This document shows positions 25,223 through 38,156 of a DNA stretch of 64,000 bases, piece after piece. The notes under the pieces were generated by a model. That model had not been told where the DNA came from. It did no database searches and saw only the letters and a program-made list of their open reading frames with translations. The translations under genes and the position numbers were made by a program. This stretch comes from Flaccisagitta enflata (lineage: Eukaryota), in contig OZ231126.1 of assembly GCA_965153355.1 (NCBI GenBank), forward strand, positions 8,122,001-8,186,000, written 5' to 3'. The number at the start of each line of letters is the position of its first letter. Position 1 is the first letter of the stretch.

Positions 25223-27970
25223 TAGCACGCAGGTTACTGGCTAAAAATCGTCGGAACCTTTAAGTTCATGAGATGTGCGCACCATTTCATGATATTATGC
25301 ACCAAAAAAAATTTGGAGGTCGTCCGATGTCGGGAAGATGGCCCCGCCACCCCCCCCCTGAGTAAAGTGGTGGTGGTGGAACAAATTTTGTTGTTTCAAG
25401 GTCATTTTGACCTCAAAATTGGGCCAATTTGCCTTAGAAAAATGACAAAAATCCATGAGATTATAAAATTAGAGCTCAAGAGCTAGCCAGTGATGCAATC
25501 TGCATGTTTCTATCATAACCGGCCAAACCAGCCTACCACCCAACCAGCCTACCAGCCTAAAAGTGAAAAACATGCATAACATTGGCATTTTTCAACCGAT
25601 TTAGTAGAAACTTGGTATGTGGTCTCTGAAGGGAAGGACTCAACATATGAATTTGATTTATAAAGATTTTAGCATGCTAACCAGCCAAACCGGCCTACCA
25701 CCCAACCAGCCTACCAACCTAAAAGTGAAAAACGTGCATAACTCTGGCATTTTTCAATTGATTTGGTTGAAACTTGGTATGTAGTCTCTGAATGGAAGGA
25801 CTCAACATATGAATCCGATTTATAAAGATTTTAGCATGCTTACCAGCCAAACCGGACTACCACCCAACCAGCCTACTAGCCTGAAAGTGAAAAACATGCG
25901 TAACTTTGTCATTTTTCAATTGATTTGGTTGAAACTTAGTATAGAGTCTTAAAATGGAAGGACTCAACATATGTATTCAATTTGTTAAGATTTTAGTATG
26001 CTAACCGACCAAACCGGGCTACCACCCAACCAGCCTACCAACCTAAAAGTGAAAAACCTGCATAACTTTGGCATTTTTCAACCAATTTGGTTGAAACTAG
26101 GTATGTAGTCTCTAGATGGAAGGACTCAACATATGAATTTGATTTATAAAGATTTTAGCATGCTAACCGGCCTACCACCCAACCAACCTACCACCTTCAA
26201 AAAGATAAATGTGCATAACTTGAACAATTTTTAATCAATTTGGTTAAAACTTGGTATGCAGACTCAAAATGAAATGACTTAATGTATGTGTGCAACCAGA
26301 GCAGCTTACCTCTCAAACACTCCTAAGACAACGCCATTTGATAACGCCAAATTGATTGAAAATTGTTCAAGTTATGCACATTTATCATTTTGAAGGTGGC
26401 AGGTTGGTTGGGTGGTAGGCCAGTTAGCAGGCTAAAATCTTTATAAATCAAATTCATAAGTTGAGTCCTTCCATCTAGAGACTACATACCAAGTTTCAAC
26501 AAAATCAGTTTAAATGTCAAAATTATGTAGGTTTTTGGGCAGCGGCCCCAAAGGGGACTAAGTCCTGTAGAACACAGGGGGAATCTGTCCGTCCGTACGT
26601 CTGTCCGTCCGTACGTCCCACCCTGACCCATCCTCAGGGTTTTCTCTTTCGGGGCCTCTTCTGACCCTAATTCTGCCAAATAGCCCAAATCCAGGCAATA
26701 TGGCCCAAATCTAAGCAAAATGGCCCAATTCCAAGCTTAATGGCAGAAATCCAAGCAAAATGGCCCAAATCTTGCCAGAAATCCCTAAATCTGGCCTGAT
26801 ATCCATCATTTTGGCCTCCAATACCTAGATTCTGACCAGATTTGGGCCATTTTGCTTGGATTTTGGCCATAATGCTTGAAATGGGCCATTTTTCTTAGAT
26901 TTGGGCCATATTGCTTGGATTTGGGCTATTTGGCAGAATTAGGGTCAGAATAGGCCCCGAGGGAGACGAAGCTCTGAGGATGGGGCAGGGGGGTACGGAC
27001 AAACAGATGGACGGACGGACAGACTATGTTCTACAAGACTTTGTCCCCTTCGGAGCTACAGCCCTGCTCCCCTTAACTTAAATCACACAAAACTCAAGCA
27101 GGGCACAGGTACCACTGATCACTTACCGCCTTTGGGCTGTTCACTTTTAGGCTGGTAGGCTGGTTGGGTGGTAGGCTGGTTTGGTCGGTTAGCATGCTAA
27201 AATCTTAACAAATCAAATACACATGTTGAGTCCTTCCATTTCAAAACTTTATACTAAGTTTCAACTAAATCAATTGAAAAATGACAAAGTAATGCACGTT
27301 TTTCACTTTTAGGCTAGTAGGCTGGTTGGGTGGTAGTCCGGTTTGGCTGGTTAGCATGCTCAAATCCTTATAAATCGAATTCATATGTTGAGTCCTTCCA
27401 TTCAGAGACTACATACCAAGTTTCAACCAAATCAATTGAATAATGCCAAAGTTATGCACGTTTTACACTGTTAGGCTGGTAGGCTGGTTGGGTGGTAGGC
27501 CGGTTTGGCTGGTTAGCATGCTAAAATCCTTATAAATCAAATTCATATGGCGAGTCCTTCCATTCAGAGACAACATACCAAGTTTCAACTAAATCGGTTG
27601 AAAAATGCCAAAGTTATGCATGTTTTTCACTTTTAGGCTGGTAGGCTGGTTGGGTGGTAGGCTGGTTTGGCCAGTTATGATAGAAACATGCAGATTGCAT
27701 CACTGGCTAGCTCTTGAGCTCTAATTTTATAATCTCATGGATTTTTGTCATTTTTCTAAGGCAAATTGGCCCAAAGTTGAGGTCAAAATGACCTTGAAAC
27801 AACAAAATTTGTTCCACCACCACCACTTTACTCAGGGGGGGGGTGGCGGGGCCATCTTCCCGACATCGGATGACCTCCAAATTTTTTTTGGTGCATAATA
27901 TCATGAAATGGTGCGCACATCTCTTGAACTTAAAGGTTCCGACGATTTTTAGCCAGTAACCTGCGTGCTA
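25223..27970. mobile_element. Non-autonomous hAT-like foldback element; near-palindromic, with ~162-bp satellite units in both arms
   Basis: Termini TAGCACGCAGGTTACTGGC...GCCAGTAACCTGCGTGCTA; long, near-identical inverted arms of ~1 kb; perfect 8-bp TSD CTCTACAC (25215-25222 and 27971-27978). Confidence 0.9.
26533..27141 (+). mobile_element. Family C copy inserted in the right arm of the hAT foldback; its interior is itself palindromic
   Basis: Family C termini; CTGACCCTAATTCTGCCAAATAGCCCAAATCC (~26661) is inverted at ~26916-26948. Confidence 0.75.
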
Positions 27971-28034
27971 CTCTACACCTGGCCGTGTCGGTCCGTCCGT
28001 CCCAAACTTTTTTGTATTGCGAGCGGTTTTTGTA

Positions 28035-28676
28035 ACGGGTGGTCAAAAAAAAAAGTGTTTTTTTTTGTTCACTTATATCTTTTATAAAAAAATGTCTTTT
28101 AAAAAAAATTTTGTTTTGCTAAAAAAATATGATGCAGGAAATTTTTTTTCATTATTGTGGTTTTTGTATATTTTTTTTACATTTAGAGCTATTTACAATT
28201 AACTCAATTCAATTTTGAACCGCTTTGATTTTTTGAAAAAATTTTTGTAAAAAAACTAGAATCTTTTTATAGATTCACTATTTATAGTTAAGGATGACTC
28301 GAAACCTTGAACAAAATCTAAGAAAAATTTTAAAAATACATGCTAACAATAAAACAAAAGATACTTCTTAAATGCATTCTTTTGTTTTCTATTCAAATCT
28401 CTTTAACCAAAGCTTGGAGACTCATAATTCATTGTGTTTATACCATACTTGACCTAATTAAAGTATGTGGTTTTTTAAATTTGCTGATATTTATGTTATT
28501 ACTGACTTGTGCAAACATTTTACTTTTTTAAATTTATATAATTATTTATTTGAAAAAATCAAAAAAATTTATTTTTTTGTATACTGTACTTCATTTTTAG
28601 AATATCAACTTACAAAAAAAATTCAAAACCTATCGAAAAAAATTCTAGCTTGGTCACTTTTTTTTTGACCACCCGT
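28035..28676. mobile_element. Tc1/mariner-type MITE
   Basis: TIR ACGGGTGGTCAAAAAAAAAAGTG / CACTTTTTTTTTGACCACCCGT, TA on both sides, AT-rich interior. Confidence 0.85.
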
Positions 28677-29081
28677 TATTAGGGCCCCTACCCTACCGTT
28701 CGCGACTGTCTTGCCGTGTATTCGGCCTTGTTGTGATTAACATGATCTTCATAATGACGTCTGTCTGTACCCTAACCCTGCAATAAGTCTATAACGGATG
28801 TCATGGGTCAATCTTAAAAACATGAAGAGACCAAGATTTCATTACTGTTATGGCTTGAGTTCCGTTACTTTTAGATCTGTCATAACTGAGTGTAACTGTA
28901 CATTTGTACAAGATTTGTGTTTGTCATTTCGGTGAGATTCAGAAAGACGTTTGTCCGATGTCCGCGCCCAAAAATGCGAGTTTATGAAGGGGTTAAAAAC
29001 CTGTAAGTTGATATGCTGTCAAACTGCTGAAAGTTTCTTCTTGTCAAGAAACTCCAGATCTCTGAGATCTCGGGTGTATGA

Positions 29082-29300
29082 GGGCCTGTTTATACACATG
29101 GCAATCGCGTTTTTAACGGGCCACTCGGTCGCTTGCCACGTTTGTTCGCTTGCACCGCTCACTTCGCTCACTTGCCCCGCAGCTTTTGTCTTCGCTATGC
29201 TGGCTCTGTTCACGGACTCGCTCACTCTTAAATATGTTCACGCTGTAAACGCGATCAACAAGAATGATCGCGATATTTTTTACTCACTGGAAACACGTCC
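29082..29300. mobile_element. Family D MITE copy (opposite orientation, internally deleted)
   Basis: GGGCCTGTTT...CACTGGAAACACGTCC ends; GGCCACTCGGTCGC core. Confidence 0.7.
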
Positions 29301-29869
29301 TTTGAGCGTTTGTTTGCCGATGTCCGATCGGTCAGTGGCTCAGAAATGGCTTGAAATGACTTTTGTGCCCTGTTTGAGTATCGCTGCTCCCAAGCACGGA
29401 GGATCATGTTTACACAATTGTTTTCCCCGACTGCAAATTTTTATACAAATAAAGGTGTCTGGGGTTGGGGTGGGTTTGGGAGGCTAGGGGGGTAGTGGTG
29501 GGGAGGCGGGGGGGGAAGTGTTGGAGGTGGTGGTGGTGGTGGTGGTTGTGGTGGTGGTGGTTGTGGGCCGGGGGGCGGTGAAGCGGTGAAGCGTTGAGCG
29601 GGAGGACTGAGGTGGAGAGGAAGTTTAAGAGGGGGCGCAGTTTTTAGTATAAATGGACAAAAAATATTAAGTTTATAAGCTCAAAGTTATACACCGCAGG
29701 TTTCTTGCTGTCTCTCCATTTGTCTGTTTGGTTTTCGGCCTCGCTACATTTGTGCGTCTCAGTTTGTTGCGTTTGTTTGTTTGAACGTTTTTTCTTTTTC
29801 TTTTTCTTCTTCTTTTAATTCTTCTTCTCCCTCTTTTACAACCTCTTTTTCTTTTTCTTTTTTTCTCCT

Positions 29870-30059
29870 TCTATTTCTTTTTCTTTTTCTTTTTCTTTTT
29901 CTTCTTTTTCTTTTCCTTTTTCTTTTTCTTTTTCTTCTTCTTCTTCTTCTTCTTCTTCTTCTTCTTCTTCTTCTTCTTCTTCTTCTTCTTCTTCTGCTTC
30001 TTCTTCTTCTTCCTCTTCTTCTCCTTCTCCTTCTTGTTCTTCTTCTTCTTCTTCTTCTT

Positions 30060-30090
<31 letters not shown>

Positions 30091-30193
30091 ATCTTCTTCT
30101 TCTTCTTCTTCTTCTTCTTCTTCTTCTTCTTCTTCTCCTTCTCCTTCTCCTTCTTGTTCTTCTTCTTCTCCTTCTCCTTCTCCTTCTTCTTCT

Positions 30194-30249
<56 letters not shown>

Positions 30250-30346
30250 TTTTTCTTCTTCTTCTTCTTCTTCTTCTTCTTCTTCTTCTTCTTCTTCTTC
30301 TTCTTCTTCTTCTTCTTCTTCTTCTTCTTCTTCTTCTTCTTCTTCT
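29870..30346. repeat. (CTT)n microsatellite
   Basis: Read directly from the sequence. Confidence 0.98.
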
Positions 30347-30544
30347 TTAGTAGATTGTGTTTTACACTTGTCCTTGTTCGTCCGCGCTCCCCAGCATTTA
30401 TCATGGATGCCCCTCACCGAATCACCGCAGCCTTGAGACCTTCAAAATTGCCTCAACTTTGACTCAATCTGTCATCGATTTTGAACCTAACCTTGTCCGT
30501 CCCTCCGCCAAGTCCGATCACTTTATTGTTTTTACTGGTCATAA

Positions 30545-30665
30545 ATCAAGGCCAAGTAGGCCAACACGGACGCCGTGTGGATCGTCCAACGTTTGCGTGA
30601 CAGACAGACAGCCAGGCAGACGGACGGACAGAGCCTCTTATTCACGCGCACAGGCGTATGTCAAA
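30545..30665 (-). mobile_element. Short family B variant
   Basis: CAAGGCCAAGTAGGCCAA...TGTGGATCGTC motif shared with the 2135 and 42031 copies. Confidence 0.6.
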
Positions 30666-31539
30666 ACACTACGCTGGTTCATGTTATCATATTGATGTCC
30701 CTCATCTCAGAAATGCGCTGAGATGATATTATTATTCCAATAAGACATTCATCAGGCCTGTACATAGTTCCAAATCAAAAGGTTTGGACATGGGGAAGAA
30801 AACCTATGGGGAAAAAGGAGGGGAAAAAAAGGAGAAATTTTTGGGAAAATAAAACTTTTGGCAGTACCAAATCATAAAAACTGATTAAAGTAAGACACAA
30901 TTTAATACTATTTAAACCTTAAAAACACTAACAATCATCGACCTCAGGCTCCACTTTTCCGGGAAGGCCCATGGATTTTTTTAGCAATGAAAACCTCTTT
31001 TGATCTTCTCAGAAGTCGAGTTTTTATGTTAATAAATGAAAACAAAAAGAATTTTGCAAATCCATTAAAGTGTTCAAAAGATATGGCCAAAAACGTGATG
31101 TATGCCGCGCTAGAAATGGTGACAAAAACAACGCCGTTTTGAATGACTGCGGCGACAAAACGTAATTTAATTTGAAACCAAGAAAATATCAATTATTGCA
31201 AAATAAGGCTGAAACTATGGATAGGGGTCAATATTCCGGGTTATTTTCCCAATCTAGATGCATGGAGGGATCATAAGAATATTACGTTGTCAAGGTAATC
31301 ATAGACACGGCCGGCATACGAGCCCGGAGCCTGGCGACCGCCCTGCTAATATAAAATATTACGACGAAAATGTCGCACGCTCATCGGCGGATCGCTGGCA
31401 CCGCTAACTTTTCCCCTGATATCCCTTTTTGAGCGCTTTAATTAAAGAATAAAAATTTAAATTCAATTTTGTTGTTGTTTGATTCAGGGTTGGCGGTGAT
31501 TTACAGGATGAGATTGTTGAGTGTGGAAGGGCTGTGGGG

Positions 31540-32080
31540 CATAGGGTTAAGCAGATGTAGGTGTGGGGGAGTTTAGAAATGGACACGAATGTGGGGTAAG
31601 TAAAGTGTCACTGTGGGAGAGTGTGGAAACGGGTACGGCTGTGGGGTGGAGTGGGAGACACCCACTGGATGTCAGTGTGGGAGAGTGTGGAAATGAGCAC
31701 AGCTGTGGGGTGGAGTGGGTGTAAAAGTGGAATAGTGAGGAAACGGGCACGGCTGTGGGGTGGAGTGGGTGACACCCACTGGATGTCAGTGTGGGAGAGT
31801 GTGAAAATGAGCACAGCTGTGGGTTGAAGTGGGTGTAAGTCTGAGAGAGTGGGGGAACGGACATGGTTGTGGGGTGGAGTGGGTGTAAGTGTGGGATAGA
31901 GTTGGAACGGGCATGGATGTGGGATGGAGTGGGCGACACCCACTGGATGTCAGTGTGGGAGAGTGTGGAAATGAGCACAGCTGTGGGGTGGAGTGGGTGT
32001 AAGTGTGGGAGAGTGTGGGTACGGGAACGGCTGTGGGGTGGGGTGGGTCTCAGTGTGCAAGTTTAGAAATGAGCACGGTA
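31540..32080. repeat. G-rich ~45-bp-subunit tandem repeat with higher-order structure
   Basis: GACACCCACTGGATGTCAGTGTGGGAGAGTGTG occurs three times; CTGTGGGGTGGAGTGGG recurs. Confidence 0.8.
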
Positions 32081-32245
32081 GGGGCGCCTGATGTAGGTCG
32101 ACTAATGACGGAGTGGAAGTTTGAAAAATCGTAGACATTCTGACAGACATTCTGACAGACATTCTGACAAAGTCTGACACAAGTTTCTGACATGAACGAC
32201 CTATGCCCTGAAACCTCTTGCCCAAAGTTCGCGAGCACACCACTT

Positions 32246-32293
<48 letters not shown>

Positions 32294-32318
32294 ACAAAAA
32301 AAATGAATACATAGAGAG

Positions 32319-32393
<75 letters not shown>

Positions 32394-32873
32394 ATGAAAG
32401 AAAGAATGAAAGAGCTAAAAACTACTTTCTAAAAAGACAGAAATTAGGAATCAAAGAAGGAAATGAGGTCGAGAATTTTGGCCCACTAAACTCAGAAGGG
32501 AGAAATTACGAGTTAGGCCTGTTGAATTTTATTGTCAGGTTAACGTCAATTTTTATCTTTTTACTTTCCCTTTTCAAAAGTCGTAATTGTTGTTAAAACT
32601 GAGTTTTTTTTTTCAAGCGGCCTGGACTCGGCCTAGTTAGCCTCCAGTCAGCCGCGTTAGCCTGGACTCGGCCTTGTTAGCCTGAAATCGGCCGGTGGTC
32701 CGTCCGTGCATTGCATTGGTTCATCTGTCCATTGCTCCATCCGTCCTTCTGTCTGTGGGTGCATCAAAGCTCGAGTTGAAAACGCGCATTTCCATCCCCC
32801 CCCCGCCCCCCTCACATTGTCCAGTGGTTAGTGCCACGGTTTATCCTTTATCGTCTATCGTTCATCTATCATT

Positions 32874-33129
32874 GGACGCGTTTCTAGTCACAGACAATCG
32901 CGTTTTGAATGGGCCACTCGGACGCTCGCTACATTCATTCGCTCGCACCGCTCGCTCCGCTCACTAGCTCCGCACCGCACCGCTTCGCTGAACTCACTCC
33001 TTTCACAGGCTCGCTCACTCACTTTGCTCACTCCCTCATGAGACAGTTGAAATTCATAAACATGTGTTCACGCTGTAATTATGTTTAACGGTAAGAAACA
33101 TGTTTTCGGTCGTCACTAGAAACACGCCC
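32874..33129. mobile_element. Family D MITE copy
   Basis: GGACGCGTTTCTAGT...ACTAGAAACACGCCC; TSD ATT. Confidence 0.8.
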
Positions 33130-33272
33130 ATTGTTCATCGCGCATCTTAAAAGAAGAAGAGGGGACACCCTTGAAATATAGGGGTAAAATTCTAATGCAT
33201 CTTCAATTGTGTCCTTTTCAATCGTTCAGCTTTCATGCTAGTTCAGCTAGTTGCGTGAAGTGACGGTATTAG

Positions 33273-33527
33273 AAACAAGGCCAACACCTATAAGTCGCGT
33301 GCGAGACTTACATTTAGAATGACTTAGAATAACTTAGAATGACTTAGAATGACTTAGAATGACTTAGTAAACTCTTAAAAGACCCAAAATGACCTAACGA
33401 AATAAAATTGATAAAAAAAGTAAAAAGCGTGACCAACTGACCGACTGACCGACTGACCAACCAACCAACCGACCGACAGACAGACGGACAAAGCGGGGTG
33501 TAGAGTCGCGTGCACGCGACAAAAAAA
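33273..33527 (-). mobile_element. Family A HINE with internal (TTAGAATGAC)n
   Basis: AACAAGGCC...AGTCGCGTGCG...TAGAGTCGCGTGCACGCGAC. Confidence 0.7.
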
Positions 33528-33856
33528 GGAAAATATGTGTAAATAAATACAATGAAATGAAAAATGTTTGATCAGCAAATTACGGTGAACAACTGCAACC
33601 GCTTCCTTTCATCTAATCTTTCTCTTTATTATAAATACTATCTAACAAATAAAAATGTTCCCGCACATTTTGATGCATAAATCCTTTTCGCTTAAACTAA
33701 TTTTGAAAAAAAATTGGTGACCAAATTAACGCCCTTCAAATTTCCAATCGACCTATGGAAACCGCGAGTCTCTAGCTCAATGGGCTTAAGACACGCCTCG
33801 CAGAATACAAATTTAAGAATAAAAAGCATGAAAAACATAGGCCAATCATGATGAAA

Positions 33857-34056
33857 TTTTTAGTCGCGTACTACGCGACTCTACACCCCGCTTTGTCGGT
33901 CCGTTGGTCCATCCGTCCGTCCGTTGGTCACACTTTACTTTTTTGGGGTTTTTGTGGTTTTTGGCCTCACTGCTCCTGCCCAAATGATCTGGTGACCTCA
34001 ATTGAGGCCCCTGCCCACTCGCACGCGACTGGGGTAGCAGTGTATCCAGCCTTGTT
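33857..34056 (+). mobile_element. Family A HINE
   Basis: Ends near-identical to the 2361 copy. Confidence 0.8.
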
Positions 34057-34549
34057 ACTGTAGTATGACCAAGGATTAGATACTCTTCAGTCTAAATTTC
34101 AGCAAACTAGGCCAACTAGAAGTATGCTTTTCATATCTTTTTAAATGTGTGTGTATGTTTTGTGCCTAAATTTGGCGCATCTGTCTGGAGGCCTGGAATG
34201 CTATCTCTTCAAAGTGCCTCTAGAAGCTGTACAAATCGCTTTCCTGGCAAATGGCGGCCATAATTCAGCTAGAAGGAGCTCACGCCATATTGATAGATTT
34301 GTGATTGACTGGTATTTGTTGATGAGTCAATAAATTGATTGTATTCAGAAGTGGGAACATTTCAATTTTTTAGATAGTATATATCATAAATTTGCTGTGC
34401 ACGAGTTGAATATGATGCGTAAATCATAATACGTCTCCAATGTGACTTTCTATGACGAACCATTTAATATTTACATTTTTAATTACAACGACCATTACTG
34501 TTCTCCAAGGCGGGACCAGCTGCTATAACGCAAACAATAATGGCCATGA

Positions 34550-34645
<96 letters not shown>

Positions 34646-34751
34646 CTCGTCGTGGAATGGAGCGAGACAATTATGATCCATTACTCACCATTACTGCAAT
34701 CTGCATCGGTGTTTTACCAAGAGGCGTTCTTTGCGGCGTCTAAAAAGGGGC

Positions 34752-36672
34752 CATCAGTCTCATCACTACCGGCCCAGTTATCAGTATCACATAAGTTGCT
34801 TCACTACCGGACTAGTCATCAGTTTCACCATCAGTCTCATCACTACCGGCCCAGTTATCAGTATCACCATAAGTTGCGTCACTACCAGACTAGTCATCAG
34901 TATCACCATCAGTCTCATCACTACCGGCCCAGTTATCAGTATCACATAAGTTGCGTCACTACCAGACTAGTCATCAGTATCACCATCAGTCTCATCACTA
35001 CCGGCCCAGTTATCAGTATCACATAAGTTGCGTCACTACCAGACTAGTCATCAGTATCACCATCAGTCTCATCACTACCGGACCAGTTATCAGTATCACA
35101 TAAGTTGCGTCACTACCAGACTAGTCATCAGTATCACCATCAGTCTCATCACTACCGGCCCAGTTATCAGTATCACATAAGTTGCGTCACTACCAGACTA
35201 GTCATCAGTATCACCATCAGTCTCATCACCACCGGCCCAGTTATCAGTATCACCATAAGTTGCGTCACTACCAGACTAGTCATCAGTATCACCATCAGTC
35301 TCATCACTACCGGCCCAGTTATCAGTATCACATAAGTTGCGTCACTACCAGACTAGTCATCAGTATCACCATCAGTCTCATCACTACCGGACCAGGTTAT
35401 CAGTATCACATAAGTTGCGTCACTACCAGACTAGTCATCAGTATCACCATCAGTCTCATCACTACCGGCCCAGTTATCAGTATCACATAAGTTGCGTCAC
35501 TACCAGACTAGTCATCAGTATCACCATCAGTCTCATCACTACCGGACCAGTTATCAGTATCACATAAGTTGCGTCACTACCAGACTAGTCATCAGTATCA
35601 CCATCAGTCTCATCACTACCGGACCAGTTATCAGTATCACATAAGTTGCGTCACTACCAGACTAGTCATCAGTATCACCATCAGTCTCATCACTACCGGA
35701 CCAGTTATCAGTATCACATAAGTTGCGTCACTACCAGACTAGTCATCAGTATCACCATCAGTCTCATCACTACCGGACCAGTTATCAGTATCACATAAGT
35801 TGCGTCACTACCAGACTAGTCATCAGTATCACCATCAGTCTCATCACTACCGGACCAGTTATCAGTATCACATAAGTTGCGTCACTACCAGACTAGTCAT
35901 CAGTATCACCATCAGTCTCATCACTACCGGACCAGTTATCAGTATCACATAAGTTGCGTCACTACCAGACTAGTCATCAGTATCACCATCAGTCTCATCA
36001 CTACCGGACCAGTTATCAGTATCACATAAGTTGCGTCACTACCAGACTAGTCATCAGTATCACCATCAGTCTCATCACTACCGGACCAGTTATCAGTATC
36101 ACATAAGTTGCGTCACTACCAGACTAGTCATCAGTATCACCATCAGTCTCATCACTACCGGACCAGTTATCAGTATCACATAAGTTGCGTCACTACCAGA
36201 CTAGTCATCAGTATCACCATCAGTCTCATCACCACCGGCCCAGTTATCAGTATCACCATAAGTTGCGTCACTACCAGACTAGTCATCAGTATCACCATCA
36301 GTCTCATCACTACCGGCCCAGTTATCAAAATCACCATCAGTCTCATTACTACCAGACCAGTTATCAGTATCACCATCTGTCTCATTTCTAAGGGACCAGT
36401 TATCAGTATCACCATGAGTCGAATCACTACCGGACCAGTTATCAGTTTCACCATAAGTCCCGTCATTAACGGCCCAATGATCAGTATCACCATAAGACTT
36501 AACACTATCAGACTAGTTATCACTTATCAGTATCACCATAAGTCCCGTCACTACCGGCCCAATGATCACCATGAGTTCCGTCACCACCGGCCCAATGATC
36601 AGTATCACCTTGAGTTCCGTCACTACCAGCCTAAAAATCAGTGCCACTATCAATCTCATCACTACCGGCCCA
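34752..36672. repeat. 77/78-bp minisatellite (~20 units; dimer of 38/39-bp subunits) decaying into 39-bp monomers
   Basis: Unit ATCAGTCTCATCACTACCGGACCAGTTATCAGTATCACATAAGTTGCGTCACTACCAGACTAGTCATCAGTATCACC. Confidence 0.95.
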
Positions 36673-36821
36673 GCTGCTAGCGACGAGACTTAAAGTGATA
36701 TTGAATATTTCGTCGGTAGTAATGAGACTAATAGCGCTTAGTAGCTAAAACCTCCTGATCCAGACCATTGGTGCCACTTTCAACCCTTGGTCCCTTGCAC
36801 TACCGCCTCCACTATCATCCT

Positions 36822-37962
36822 TAGGCCAATTATTAGAGCGGGCCCGCAATTTGGCTGTCGGGCCCGCTATTTTCACTGGCTGCAGGCCCAGTTGGCCCGC
36901 TCTCATTTTGATGTCATCATCCATTTTTTTCTCCCAAATTACTTTAATCAGTTAGTAGATTCATGAAACAGAATGATACAAAAACAATAATTTGAATATC
37001 ATCCCTCTTTCTAAATTCAAAGAACAAAGAAAAAACGCTGACATTAAATGGCAACCCTATAAAATGTTGGGGAACAGAGCAAAATAGATTTTACCGGGAC
37101 CGCTCCTCCAAATTTCAGTGCGCCCGACACAGAAACAATGGGCCCGGTTGGCCCTCTCAGAAAAATACAGGGTGTCCCAAGTCAGTTGTAACATAAAGAA
37201 TCGACATATCTCTGTTTGTAAGTCCTCAAATTAATTTCTGAAAAAAAATCTAAAAAGATCGTGGTCTGCACTTTTTGCATGCAAAATTTCATGACAATTG
37301 GACTATTTGTTTAGGGACCACATTTCTTTGAAATTCACTAGTAATTTCAGACCATGTCTTTTTTAGTTTTTTCACTTTTTAATGTACTTGGAAGTAGCTG
37401 TCTTTAACAACTTGGCATTTTTCAACCAATTGAGCTAAAACCCTGCGATTGGTCTCAAATAGCAGATAATTTGTCATAGATTTTAGATCACCAAAAATTT
37501 TTTCCAATTTTCCAAAATTTTGTAAGATTTTCAATGATTTTTTCAAAATTTCCATTTTTGATTTTGACAATGATTGACAAAAATCATCAAAAAAGTCATT
37601 AATTGTTAAAATTCTTCAAGTTTTCAAAGCAGATTTACAATCTATGTACAATTATCTTTCATTTGAGACCAATCCCAGGTTTTTAGATCAATTTGTCAAA
37701 AAATAGCAAACAGTTAAAGCCAGCTACTTCTGAATACAGCTATGAAAAAGTTAATTTTCCATCAAATATTACCACTCATTTGTTATTTTCTGACCACCGA
37801 CTATCCAATATTCAAAGTTGAAGTTTTGGTATAACAAAAAGTGCAGACCTGGATCTTCATCGATCTTTTTTCAGAAATTGATTTAAGGATTTAGAAGCAG
37901 AGATATGTCGATTCCTTATGTTACAACTGACTTGGGACACACTGTAATCTGGAAAAGGCCTG
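36822..37962. mobile_element. Probable hAT-like element hosting the 37168-37944 MITE
   Basis: TAGGCC...GGCCTG ends, subterminal GGGCCC motifs, degenerate 8-bp flanks ATCATCCT / ATCGTTCT. Confidence 0.45.
37168..37944. mobile_element. Palindromic Tc1/mariner-type MITE (777 bp)
   Basis: TA-CAGGGTGTCCCAAGTCAGTTGTAACATAA...TTATGTTACAACTGACTTGGGACACACTG-TA; inverted similarity extends through most of the element. Confidence 0.88.
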
Positions 37963-38156
37963 ATCGTTCTCATCACTACTTGTGCCATAATTTGCGCCAT
38001 CGCCCCACAACCAGACTAATTACCACCACATACTTGTTGCCCCACATTGTGGGTTGTGGGCAACAACCAGACCTAAAACTACGACATACTCGTTGCCCCA
38101 CAACCCGACCTATTACTATCACATAACATTTGCCCCACAACCAGACCTATTAAGAA

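Larger units (their letters stand above)
25196..28732 (+). mobile_element. HINE family A copy split into three pieces by the two insertions above
   Basis: Removing both insertions rejoins TTTATTCGCGGACACGCGACTCTACAC-CTGGCCGTGTCGGTCCGTCC...GTA-TTAGGGCCCC...CGCGACTGTCTTGCCGTGTATTCGGCCTTGTT. Confidence 0.8.

Noticed and set aside
25268..25486. 72-aa ORF mirrored at 27707-27904
   Set aside because: It lies within the inverted arms of a non-autonomous element and shows no recognisable transposase motif.
30752..31418. Possible hAT element (CAGGCCTGTA...CCCCTG)
   Set aside because: The left end resembles the 42181 element's terminus, but I found no matching TSD or convincing right TIR.
34752..36672. 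CRISPR-like or repeat-protein array
   Set aside because: There are no unique spacers and no cas genes, the context is eukaryotic, and the dominant 77-bp unit breaks the frame.
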